A stretch of DNA of 64,000 bases from Escherichia phage AV109. Positions 35,902 to 44,809 of the stretch are shown piece after piece. The stretch lies in sequence record OR352939.1; one strand, given 5' to 3'. The notes under the pieces were generated by a model, which was not told the DNA's origin, searched no databases, and saw only the letters and a list, made by a program, of their open reading frames with translations. The translations under genes were made by a program, and so were the position numbers. Numbering within the stretch: position 1 is the stretch's first letter; the number at the start of each line of letters is the position of its first letter.

Positions 35902-37067
35902 TCCGGGTACCTCAAAGCGTCATCAGAGTTAGTTATATCAATAATAGATATAGAGTTTTCTGCTAACCCGTTTTTAGATAATTGACGTTTATAATATCTT
36001 TCACAATATGTACACGTCGTCCCGCAGATTTCATTAGCACAATCGAAATCTGGATGTCTGAACCACCTTTTTTCTAAAAAGCCATCTAACAAAGAGGTTT
36101 CAATATTTACTGTATGTGAAAACTCAGTTTCGTTTTCAAGAGTGAAAATGGTCTCTAAAGGCTTCCACAGTTCTAACAAATTACCTTCAAACTTTTCAGA
36201 AGCGTATGCTTCAAGAACTTTCAAAATGTAGTCTGTGCTACCTGTACGTCCTGAAACTTTGAATTGAGTGATACCAATATCATTATAAAGTTTCAAATCT
36301 TGAGGACGAACAAAACGAGTTCTCAACCAGTTAAATGGGTCTGTATCACGAGCTTTAATACAGTGCTGCATAGGATATCCGTTTAAGGATTTAGCATCAT
36401 CAGCTGTAACATCAGTACTATGGAAAATATAGCAAGAGTCACGATAGCTACAATGTGTTGTATACCCTTTACCAGCATTAGAACAGAACTCATTTACAAG
36501 AACTTCAAATATTATATTGTTCTTATTGCAAAACTCTGCTGCACGCTTCAGGAAAGAAACTGAACGGTTCTTATGAATTCCGCAGCAGACCTTTTTGATA
36601 TTATACTGGTCATGCAAGTATTTGATTTGAGTTACAGCATCGACATGTAGAATTGTTGAAACTTCAATCTCAATGTCTTTATTGACTTCACGAACAATTT
36701 CCATAACAACAGGGTTAGCGATAGTAATACGCCATACGCCTATTGACCAAAGATACTGAACATAATCCTGAATAGCTTTCTTCTTCCACTCAACTAGTTC
36801 TCTTTTTGAACCAGGATTTATCGTGTTGAGTGTATAGTTAAAGCAAATACCTAATTCGTTACAACGTTTAACGTAGTCTTCTAACATCTTTTTGTCAACG
36901 TCAGGAAGCCTAAAATCAGGTCTGGCTGCTACAAAAGCCATTTCTCTTGTAGAGCCATATACTTCGTTTATCAAGCTATTAGGATAGGTTTTATTGAGCT
37001 CTACGATTTTATCAAGAAGAGCTAAATCAAAATTCGTTCCGATTTTAAAAGTATTCATTTTTTGCAT
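35898..37067 (-). CDS. U32-peptidase-family-like protein with Cys clusters (putative Fe-S enzyme)
   Basis: 389 aa; blocks resembling the U32 family (ICFNYTLNTINP, EVLVNEFCSNAGKGYTTHCSY, FKVSGRTGS) plus C-terminal CANEICGTTCTYC; assignment from motif recall only. Confidence 0.35.
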   Translation of the reverse strand: MQKMNTFKIGTNFDLALLDKIVELNKTYPNSLINEVYGSTREMAFVAARPDFRLPDVDKKMLEDYVKRCNELGICFNYTLNTINPGSKRELVEWKKKAIQDYVQYLWSIGVWRITIANPVVMEIVREVNKDIEIEVSTILHVDAVTQIKYLHDQYNIKKVCCGIHKNRSVSFLKRAAEFCNKNNIIFEVLVNEFCSNAGKGYTTHCSYRDSCYIFHSTDVTADDAKSLNGYPMQHCIKARDTDPFNWLRTRFVRPQDLKLYNDIGITQFKVSGRTGSTDYILKVLEAYASEKFEGNLLELWKPLETIFTLENETEFSHTVNIETSLLDGFLEKRWFRHPDFDCANEICGTTCTYCERYYKRQLSKNGLAENSISIIDITNSDDALRYPE

Positions 37068-37113
37068 CTCGCGTTAATTGATGCGATGGTTTTTGCAGGT
37101 CTTACTTAAATTA

Positions 37114-37515
37114 TTATAGATTCGGTTTATACGATTTAAATGTTTCGAATTCGCCTTTATTCATAAGAGCTTTGAATTCGTCAGGACGCATAGCTTTGTC
37201 GTCGATAATCCAATCATATACTGGTTTATGTGTTAGCAAATTATGGTACTTCAAGCCAATGTTTGCCAAGTTCTGAATCAGACTTGGGAGAATGTCAATT
37301 GCTATACGACCAGGACCTACTGACTTCATACCGCGAGCAGTGTAAAGCGTTATGGTATGCCCTGCATCATACAGGGCATTAATGGCAGACACCATTTCGA
37401 CGTCTGGTTTGAAGTTCACGTAATCACGATTGTTATTCCACTCTGTTATACAATCATCGACATCAAAACAAAGATTAAGCATGTTTTCTACACGGTGCAT
37501 TAGATTCGTTCCCAT
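37114..37515 (-). CDS. HAD-superfamily phosphatase (KdsC-like small sugar-phosphate phosphatase)
   Basis: 133 aa; DxD motif I (CFDVDDCIT) near N-terminus. Confidence 0.5.
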   Translation of the reverse strand: MGTNLMHRVENMLNLCFDVDDCITEWNNNRDYVNFKPDVEMVSAINALYDAGHTITLYTARGMKSVGPGRIAIDILPSLIQNLANIGLKYHNLLTHKPVYDWIIDDKAMRPDEFKALMNKGEFETFKSYKPNL

Positions 37516-39185
37516 TGATGAGTGATATCGCCACCGATTGGACGATAGGAAACACCAGTTTCTTTATCAGTTAGTACCCATTTACCAGGATTTTTTGTAA
37601 TCAGAGTAGCCGTTACAGGTTCTGCTACGTCATAACTAATAGAGCCGTCCTGAAGTACACGGCCCATGTTACGTAATTGCTTAGTCAGAAGTTCCATACC
37701 TTTATAATATGCGGCTACCGCTTTAAGTGGATTATTCTTGAAATAACCACCTAATGCAATCCAGATAATTGCCACAGCCAAATGATGATATTCATTAAAC
37801 GAACTCAGCTTTCCATATTTGTAAACTAATGGATTGATGTTAATAGTCACATTACAAGTTGTTTCATCAATAGTAAACTGTCCCCAGGTCGGATTAGCAT
37901 TGAATTCATCATAACCTGAAACAGCATAAAGCACTTTAGCTTCATCATACAATTTTGGCCCGTAAATCTTGGTTTCACCAAAATATCCACGAGGGTCGAT
38001 AAATTTGACTTCGCCGTTATCAGTAATCATAGTATTACTGAAGTTCGGGTCACCATGAATAACAGAGTACTGTCCCTGAGAACGGTTATGATAACGAATA
38101 AGGTGTTCTAAAGCTTGTTTCAGCATTGGCTTCAGACGTCCAATCTTAGTGTAGTTCACATGTGTGATTTTACCAAATGAATCAATCAACGGTTGAATGC
38201 TTTCACAACGATCAATAACTTTCGTATAGAATTCTTTAGTGAAATCACGACGAACAGTTTCAGGACTTACAAAATAAGTGTCTGTGCTGAATTTCAGTGC
38301 ATCTAAAATTGCATCAACAATTTGTGGACGAGCAAGACTTGATTTGGATTTAATATATTCAAATGCCGGCTTACCTTTAATGCGTTCCATTTCAAAGTTA
38401 TTTTCATTAACAGAAACTAACTGAGGAACTGAATCTGATTTCACTTTAAGATACCATGAAATCTCATCTTTCTGAAGAGCTCGACCTTGTTCAGTTAATG
38501 CGAATTTAGTTACAGTTTCTTCACCAATTTCAACTGCATTAAAACTACGATTAAGTTCACGAACTTCATGAGCCTTTTCAAGTTTAGGCATATCACCAAG
38601 GTCGATGATATTCATAAGCTCTGATTTATTGAATGCGCCGCTGTAAAGGAATTCTACGAAATCACGTCCTTTGCAGTATTCATGAATTTCCTCATCGGTA
38701 GAACCCATGTAGAATTCCCAGTCTTTGAACTGGTAAATTCCCACAACATTACCACCTGTTGAACCTACGTTAGTGATATTTTCACCATCGAAATTATATC
38801 GACATTCGTCACCCTTAACATAGATTGCGTTAACATTCCAAGACCATGAACCAAAATCAGGAATAATATCACACCAGTTAACAATTACGTTATGGCCGTC
38901 TAAATCTTTGTGTAATTTAGCAAGAGCATAAGCAGAACCATACGCTTCATCGACTGTACGAATAGTCACATTGAACCCTTCTTGCTCACAATAAGCTCGA
39001 ACAGTTTCAGCAAATTTTGAATGAACTACTACAATAATTTCATCTGCGCCAAGGTCAGAATAAATTGTATACAAATTGCTCAGAATAGTGTCTTGTTTAT
39101 AGTTAACAAGCACCTTAGGAATATGGTGAGTAATTGGATATAAACGAGTTGCCAATCCAGCACCAAGAATAACAGCTTTTTTCAT
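37500..39185 (-). CDS. Bifunctional sugar-1-phosphate nucleotidyltransferase / sugar kinase (APH/choline-kinase-like C-terminal domain)
   Basis: 561 aa; N-terminal NTP-transferase signature (KAVILGAGLATRLYPITHHIPKVLV); C-terminal phosphotransferase motifs (HGDPNFSNTMI, KFIDPRGYFG). Confidence 0.6.
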   Translation of the reverse strand: MKKAVILGAGLATRLYPITHHIPKVLVNYKQDTILSNLYTIYSDLGADEIIVVVHSKFAETVRAYCEQEGFNVTIRTVDEAYGSAYALAKLHKDLDGHNVIVNWCDIIPDFGSWSWNVNAIYVKGDECRYNFDGENITNVGSTGGNVVGIYQFKDWEFYMGSTDEEIHEYCKGRDFVEFLYSGAFNKSELMNIIDLGDMPKLEKAHEVRELNRSFNAVEIGEETVTKFALTEQGRALQKDEISWYLKVKSDSVPQLVSVNENNFEMERIKGKPAFEYIKSKSSLARPQIVDAILDALKFSTDTYFVSPETVRRDFTKEFYTKVIDRCESIQPLIDSFGKITHVNYTKIGRLKPMLKQALEHLIRYHNRSQGQYSVIHGDPNFSNTMITDNGEVKFIDPRGYFGETKIYGPKLYDEAKVLYAVSGYDEFNANPTWGQFTIDETTCNVTININPLVYKYGKLSSFNEYHHLAVAIIWIALGGYFKNNPLKAVAAYYKGMELLTKQLRNMGRVLQDGSISYDVAEPVTATLITKNPGKWVLTDKETGVSYRPIGGDITHQWERI

Positions 39186-39212
39186 GTTGTGGTCCTCATT
39201 GGTAAGTAGGAG

Positions 39213-39240
39213 TATTGTACACTATTCTAGTTAAAGCATT
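39213..39240 (-). promoter_or_regulatory. Candidate MotA-dependent middle promoter (MotA box AATGCTTTA + TACAAT -10) upstream of the nucleotidyltransferase-kinase gene
   Basis: Minus strand reads AATGCTTTAA-N12/13-TACAAT, then GAGG RBS and ATG at 39185. Confidence 0.4.
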
Positions 39241-39370
39241 CATACTTTGCTTGTAGTCCAATCATAATCCATCCAATTACAAGTGTTGGAATCATTACCG
39301 GAGCCGTTAAGCTCCAGTAGATAGTCATGACAAGCATCAATAGTAAAAGTCCTATTGTTATTGCTTTCAT
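39227..39370 (-). CDS. Small membrane protein (about 47 aa)
   Basis: ATG 39370 overlapping stop of SIS gene (ATGA), GAGG RBS; translation MKAITIGLLLLMLVMTIYWSLTAPVMIPTLVIGWIMIGLQAKYECFN; T4 has membrane protein Imm in this interval. Confidence 0.3.
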   Translation of the reverse strand: MKAITIGLLLLMLVMTIYWSLTAPVMIPTLVIGWIMIGLQAKYECFN

Positions 39371-40002
39371 TGTTCGCCTCGTAACATGGCACCTAGTGCA
39401 CCGCCTGGATGGAACTTAAGGAAATCATTAGAGGTAAATCCACGTTCAGACGAAAGGTTGATAGCAAACGTATCGATAAGCGCTAACAACAATGTAGTGG
39501 ACATTGTCGGAGCTAAAGAGTTCTCGTCAACTTCTACCGCGATACCAGTACAGAACGTATAATCAAAAAGAGCTTCGTATTCTTGTGGAATGTCAGGGTT
39601 ACAATGTAACAGAATCTGTTTAACCTGAGGACGAATCATACGAAGATGTTTAGCAACACCTATCATTTCTTCAGTCTTACCAGAACGACTAATATGAATC
39701 AACACGTCATTAGGTGCAATAAATCCTGCGTCACCATGAGAATAATGCCCAGTGTTCAAATACATGCTAGGAATACCTAGTGAAGCAAATGTCTCGGAAG
39801 CTTTAGTTGCGATATTAGCATTCTTACCAACACCTGTAATAATTACCCGGCTTTCATAATTACTAAGTCCAGGGCGTCGAAGAGTTTCTAGAATAGCATT
39901 ATAACGAGCAGGGTTTTGACTAATTACTTTGGCCATAGCGGCCAAAGAAGAAGCTTGTTTTATGATTGCGTCAATAGCGATAGTAATAGGAGTAGTTTTC
40001 AT
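39367..40002 (-). CDS. SIS-domain sugar-phosphate isomerase, KpsF/GutQ-type (arabinose-5-phosphate isomerase-like), no CBS domains
   Basis: 211 aa; ITGVGKNANIATKASETFASLGIPSMYL, HGDAGFIAPNDVLIHISRSGKTEEM, LAPTMSTTLLLALID, FHPGGALG match the KpsF/GutQ SIS-domain pattern. Confidence 0.6.
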   Translation of the reverse strand: MKTTPITIAIDAIIKQASSLAAMAKVISQNPARYNAILETLRRPGLSNYESRVIITGVGKNANIATKASETFASLGIPSMYLNTGHYSHGDAGFIAPNDVLIHISRSGKTEEMIGVAKHLRMIRPQVKQILLHCNPDIPQEYEALFDYTFCTGIAVEVDENSLAPTMSTTLLLALIDTFAINLSSERGFTSNDFLKFHPGGALGAMLRGEQ

Positions 40003-40042
40003 ATTTCTCTCATTTAATTAGTTTACCGTCCATGGCATTATA

Positions 40043-42754
40043 TCAAAAATCGAACATATCGAACAGAGATGCTTTCTTCTCGTAATCGAGTTTCGCTGCT
40101 GATGTGAATCCTTCAAGTGGTTTAATAAATGTCTTCTCAAGGAGAACAGTGTAGTCCATCCAATGAAGTACGTCGTCTTTAATTAAATCTGTGATTTCAG
40201 TACCAGAAGGCCATGCGATACATTTATCACCGAATGGGTTTCCTTCACGTAAAGGCAGAACATATACTTTTTCACCTTCTACAACTTGTGGTGCATCAAT
40301 ATTACCTTTGATAGCTCGGTTATATGTCAGAATTCCACGAATATGAAACGGGCATTTAGGACCAGGGAATCCACCGACATCATATTTAGCAATGTTATTC
40401 GCAGAAGATACCGACGCGATGCTAATATAATTCAATTGACGGAATTCTTTTTCAAACTCTTTAAAATATTCTTGTAATGATTCTTCACCTTCTTGAAGCA
40501 TACGACGAATACATTCTTTAAGAGCTTTCTGTACTGCTTTAGGAGTCGAAGATTTCTGAGTCTCTAGACCCATGATTTTGAGTTTAGGCTCAGCATAACG
40601 AGTGCCTTCCATATCCCACACGTTTAATGCATAACGTTTCTTACCAGTCCAGAATCCACCAATACCTTTAGAACCGAGCGGAGGGCCAGCAATAGCTTCT
40701 CGGTCCATGAACATTAAGTGTTGTTTATTGTTCATGTATTCACACATTTCACGGAAACCTCTATCAATAGCTGGTTCCATACGTTCACGTGCAAACTTAT
40801 CTAAGAAGTCTACCCAATGGTTTGTATCACGGAATTTAGATTCACCAACCTTATCGATAATTTTATCAGCAGATACGTAAATAGAGTCTGTATCACCATA
40901 AAGAACGAAAGCTTCACCTTCTGTACCACAAACTTCATTCAGATATTCATTAACTTTACGTTCAATCCACTGTAAAGCCATTTGACCAAATGTTGTGATT
41001 GCAGTTGCATTACGCAAATCATAATAACGGAACCAAACGTTTCCAAGTGCACCATAAAGTGAGTTGATAAGCAATTTACGGTTAATTTGGGCAGTCATAC
41101 CCGCAACTTCAGTACGTTGAGCTCTAAACAACATTTCATTAAGAGATTTAGCAGACAACTTTTTAATCTTTTCTTTAATCTCATCGCTGAAGTCGAAACG
41201 ATAATCAACATCTAATGGTTCGTCAACAGAAAGATTAGGATTATGCAATGCCTCTTTAATTATTTCACCATTACGTTGAGCTGCAAGCATGTAACCTTTA
41301 TGTTCTTTACGTTGATTAAAGACCTTAGTGATTTCAGTTGGAACTACACCATCACGGTCTTTATAATACATCATGCCGTTAGGAGAACAACTGTACACAT
41401 CTGAAGGACGTTCAGCGATTGCGTTAATATAATCATGTAATGGAGCTACTTTAAACGTTCCTGCTATTGTTTCTGGGCTAATATTCACTTGGCGAATGAT
41501 GCTTGGATACAGAGATGTAAGGTCGAAACTCATTACATATTTGTATCGATTTGGAATAGGTTCCTTAACAAAAGCGCCAGGATAAGGTTGAACCGGGTGA
41601 GAACGACCTTGTGGAATCACCTTGTTCTGCTCTTTAAGGCTATTAAAAATAATAGCATCCCAAGTTTTAATTGGACTGAACACAGATTGAATCTGAATTT
41701 TAGCATAATAACCCATGTCCAAGCTCAAGTTGATGAACTGACGCTTAGAATCAATTTGCAATACACGATACACGTCGATAATGTTATAAGAAATATATCG
41801 TTGGTGATTGCTTTCACGAAGCTTAGAAATAGGGCCGTCATATTTCAGTTTACCAACGTTCAATTCAAATTCTGAAATGTAATCCAGAGAATACGACGGT
41901 TGATTGGTAAAAGAGAATTTTTTGTAAAGGTCAATGTAATCAAGAACAGAGATACCGAACAATGTAATGATTTCACGAGAACCATACATGTTTTCGATAA
42001 CTTTAACACGAGTTTTACGATGTGGCGATAAACGTTTCGCAGTAGATTCGCCAAAAATATTCTTGATTCGGTTATACACATATGGAATATCAAATGACTC
42101 AACGTTCCATCCAGTCAAAATGACAGGAGTTTTCTGTTGCCAGAAGTTGAGATATTCCATCAACAATTCTTTTTCGTTATCGAACGGCATATAAATGATT
42201 TTATCGATAATTTCAGATGGAACTTCATCACCGCCTTGTTCTTGAAGCTTAGCAGCGATTTCAATAGACCATTCTTCTACATTACCATACGGAGAATTCA
42301 ATAGATCAAATACGTAGAACCTGTCGTCAATTGAGTCATAATGGGTGATAGCATCAATAGGATGCTTTGCTTGTGCCGGCTCAGGGAACCCGTCCGGAGA
42401 TGTTACTTCGATGTCGAAGTTAGCCACACGAATTTTTGTATGGTCGTATTTGATTTCATAGTTATAAGTGTCAGACAAATACGCCAATTTGAAATCGTCC
42501 ATGCCAAGTGCTTCAAGTCCGATATCTTCCATGCGTTTAATCCATTGGGAGGCATCACGCATATTAGCGAACAACTTACGAGTACACGGCTTACCGTAGA
42601 TATCGAAATATTTCGTAGCCTGACTTTCCGGACAATGAGCAAACAGTGATGGTTTATATTCTACTTCACGAGTACGTTCACGGCCATTAGAATCGATGTA
42701 ACGTTCAAAAATTGAATCACCAATCTGTTCAACCGTTAAGTAAAATTCTTTCAT
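40043..42754 (-). CDS. 43: DNA polymerase gp43 (family B)
   Basis: 903 aa; exonuclease and polymerase motifs including YGDTDS; size as T4 gp43. Confidence 0.95.
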   Translation of the reverse strand: MKEFYLTVEQIGDSIFERYIDSNGRERTREVEYKPSLFAHCPESQATKYFDIYGKPCTRKLFANMRDASQWIKRMEDIGLEALGMDDFKLAYLSDTYNYEIKYDHTKIRVANFDIEVTSPDGFPEPAQAKHPIDAITHYDSIDDRFYVFDLLNSPYGNVEEWSIEIAAKLQEQGGDEVPSEIIDKIIYMPFDNEKELLMEYLNFWQQKTPVILTGWNVESFDIPYVYNRIKNIFGESTAKRLSPHRKTRVKVIENMYGSREIITLFGISVLDYIDLYKKFSFTNQPSYSLDYISEFELNVGKLKYDGPISKLRESNHQRYISYNIIDVYRVLQIDSKRQFINLSLDMGYYAKIQIQSVFSPIKTWDAIIFNSLKEQNKVIPQGRSHPVQPYPGAFVKEPIPNRYKYVMSFDLTSLYPSIIRQVNISPETIAGTFKVAPLHDYINAIAERPSDVYSCSPNGMMYYKDRDGVVPTEITKVFNQRKEHKGYMLAAQRNGEIIKEALHNPNLSVDEPLDVDYRFDFSDEIKEKIKKLSAKSLNEMLFRAQRTEVAGMTAQINRKLLINSLYGALGNVWFRYYDLRNATAITTFGQMALQWIERKVNEYLNEVCGTEGEAFVLYGDTDSIYVSADKIIDKVGESKFRDTNHWVDFLDKFARERMEPAIDRGFREMCEYMNNKQHLMFMDREAIAGPPLGSKGIGGFWTGKKRYALNVWDMEGTRYAEPKLKIMGLETQKSSTPKAVQKALKECIRRMLQEGEESLQEYFKEFEKEFRQLNYISIASVSSANNIAKYDVGGFPGPKCPFHIRGILTYNRAIKGNIDAPQVVEGEKVYVLPLREGNPFGDKCIAWPSGTEITDLIKDDVLHWMDYTVLLEKTFIKPLEGFTSAAKLDYEKKASLFDMFDF

Positions 42755-42814
42755 TTAATTTCCTTTAGACGAGTTATTGTCTTTTGTTTGTTGATGAACT
42801 TATTATACTCCAAA

Positions 42815-42830
42815 TGGGACCGAAGTCCCA
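42815..42830 (-). other. UUCG-tetraloop hairpin (UGGGAC-UUCG-GUCCCA) between regA and gene 43
   Basis: Inverted repeat directly after regA stop; followed by TATAAT-like -10 (GAGTATAATAAG on minus strand). Confidence 0.4.
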
Positions 42831-42835
42831 TTGCT

Positions 42836-43204
42836 TTAATTACCAATTGTATATTTTGCTTTCAAAGTCCAGTCATCTTTCTGTTTAAAAGAGATAACAC
42901 GGAAGTTATTAGTAAGGCCAAATAGATCTTCACGAGCAGAGTCTTCAATAACAATCAAGCCCCAGTCTTCAAGCAACTGAGCAATCGAATCACGTCGTTG
43001 GTAGTCTTCACCATCAATATCAACCTGACGTCCGTCCATACGCAGCATTTCTTTAAAGTGGACGATGTAGTATTTACCTTGCTTTTGGAGGATATGACAA
43101 GACTGATAAAGAACTTTATCCTTGTTATTAGCGATGCCCATACGGGTCAGAGTCTCTTTGACTTTCAGAAAATCTTCAGGGTTCTTCAATTTAATTTCAA
43201 TCAT
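42836..43204 (-). CDS. regA: Translational repressor RegA
   Basis: Start at Met4 gives 122 aa; near-identical to recalled T4 RegA (MIEI.LK.PEDFLKVKETLTRMGIANNKDKVLYQSCHILQK). Confidence 0.9.
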   Translation of the reverse strand: MIEIKLKNPEDFLKVKETLTRMGIANNKDKVLYQSCHILQKQGKYYIVHFKEMLRMDGRQVDIDGEDYQRRDSIAQLLEDWGLIVIEDSAREDLFGLTNNFRVISFKQKDDWTLKAKYTIGN

Positions 43205-43206
43205 TT

Positions 43207-43770
43207 TTACCATTCCAATGCTAATTTTTTAAATTGTTTTTGTTCTTTCACATTTTTTGTAACTTCTTTGAGAAACTCATCAGTGACCATGGCCTTCAGT
43301 TCTTTAAGGACTATTGGCAACTTGTTATTTTTTTCAAGGAGCCGCTTATACTCGGTAGCATCATTCATGTTGATTGTGTAATGTTTCATCAACAGTTTGA
43401 TAACTAGTAACTCTGAAGTGTCTTCAACTAGTTTAGCCCATTTAGAGAATCGACGACCACGCGGAATTGCAGCCATCATATAGTTGAAGTGCGCTTCATC
43501 ACTTAATTCAGAACCGACTAAGTTCATCATGTAAACAGCTGGCATACATTCCGGGAACTGGGATAATGAGTTCTCAACCATAAATTTTGAGTAGTCGACC
43601 TGAGCAATTGACGTAGATTTCTTTTCATTAATAGCATTAATGATTTTAAAGAATTCATTCTCAGGTTTTTCTTTAAACATGTCAGCACATTTTTGAATCG
43701 CATCAGCGTCGTTAGACTTCCATGCAATTTGGTGCTCGTTAAGTTGGACGTCATCATCAAATAAGTTCAT
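43207..43770 (-). CDS. 62: Clamp loader subunit gp62
   Basis: 187 aa; size and position between 44 and regA as T4 gp62. Confidence 0.8.
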   Translation of the reverse strand: MNLFDDDVQLNEHQIAWKSNDADAIQKCADMFKEKPENEFFKIINAINEKKSTSIAQVDYSKFMVENSLSQFPECMPAVYMMNLVGSELSDEAHFNYMMAAIPRGRRFSKWAKLVEDTSELLVIKLLMKHYTINMNDATEYKRLLEKNNKLPIVLKELKAMVTDEFLKEVTKNVKEQKQFKKLALEW

Positions 43771-43771
43771 A

Positions 43772-44734
43772 TTATTTCCAAGTCAGTTCGCAGGTCAGTT
43801 GAAGAAGCATATACATAACATGTAATTCAATATTACTTGCTAATCCATGAAACTTATTGTTTTCGCCTGCAATTTCATAAAGCGAAATAATACTTTTACC
43901 AGGTGCAACTTGGTCATAACATTCTGAAACTAATTTATCGATGAACCATGAATAATCTGCGGCATATTTTGGAGCTAATGCACGAAGTTGTTTGATATCT
44001 TTATTTTTCATTGCTTCTATGACATCATCTACCGTGCCACGGTCATTAGTTACGATAGACAAAATACCCGCATCAAGAACACCTTTAGACGAGTACTGGT
44101 CTAATTGACCAATTGTACGACGAAAGTCCGGGAAGTTCTTTTTAACCAGAGCTGCAACAACTTTCATATCAGCGATTTCGATATTTTCGTTCTTACAGAT
44201 TTCAACCATACGATGAATCATTTTCTTCATCATCGAGATTTTATCTTCTTCGGTTGGACGTCCGAATTCGATAACTCGACAACGACTACGTAACGGTTCG
44301 ATAATTCCATCGATGTTGTTAGCAGTAATAATAATAGAACAGTTACTAGAGAATTCTTCCATAAACGTACGAAGGTGACGTTGTGATTCGGCGAGGCCAC
44401 TACGGTCAAATTCATCGATAACGATAACTTTCGGCTTGCCTTCCATTGAGACTGAACGAGCGAATGCAGTTAATGGACCACGCACAAAATCAATCTTACA
44501 ATCAGAACCGTTGACGAACATCATTTCGGCATTAATATCATTACATAATGCTTTTGCTACGGTTGTTTTACCTGTACCAGGAGAAGGAGAGTGTAAAATA
44601 ATATGAGGAAGTTTTCCTTTAGATACTAAAGACTTGAATGTTTCATGGTCATACGCAGGCAGAATACATTCGTCAATGGAAGAAGGACGATATTTCTGTT
44701 CTAGAATGTGTTCTTTGGAATTGATAGTAATCAT
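43772..44734 (-). CDS. 44: Clamp loader ATPase gp44 (AAA+)
   Basis: 320 aa; Walker [11 protein letters not shown] and Walker B VIVIDEFD. Confidence 0.9.
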   Translation of the reverse strand: MITINSKEHILEQKYRPSSIDECILPAYDHETFKSLVSKGKLPHIILHSPSPGTGKTTVAKALCNDINAEMMFVNGSDCKIDFVRGPLTAFARSVSMEGKPKVIVIDEFDRSGLAESQRHLRTFMEEFSSNCSIIITANNIDGIIEPLRSRCRVIEFGRPTEEDKISMMKKMIHRMVEICKNENIEIADMKVVAALVKKNFPDFRRTIGQLDQYSSKGVLDAGILSIVTNDRGTVDDVIEAMKNKDIKQLRALAPKYAADYSWFIDKLVSECYDQVAPGKSIISLYEIAGENNKFHGLASNIELHVMYMLLQLTCELTWK

Positions 44735-44809
44735 GTAATTTTCCTCATTATCATTAAACTGGAGGATTTCTCCTCCATAATCGTATCACAATAAACGTAA
44801 AGCTTTGAC

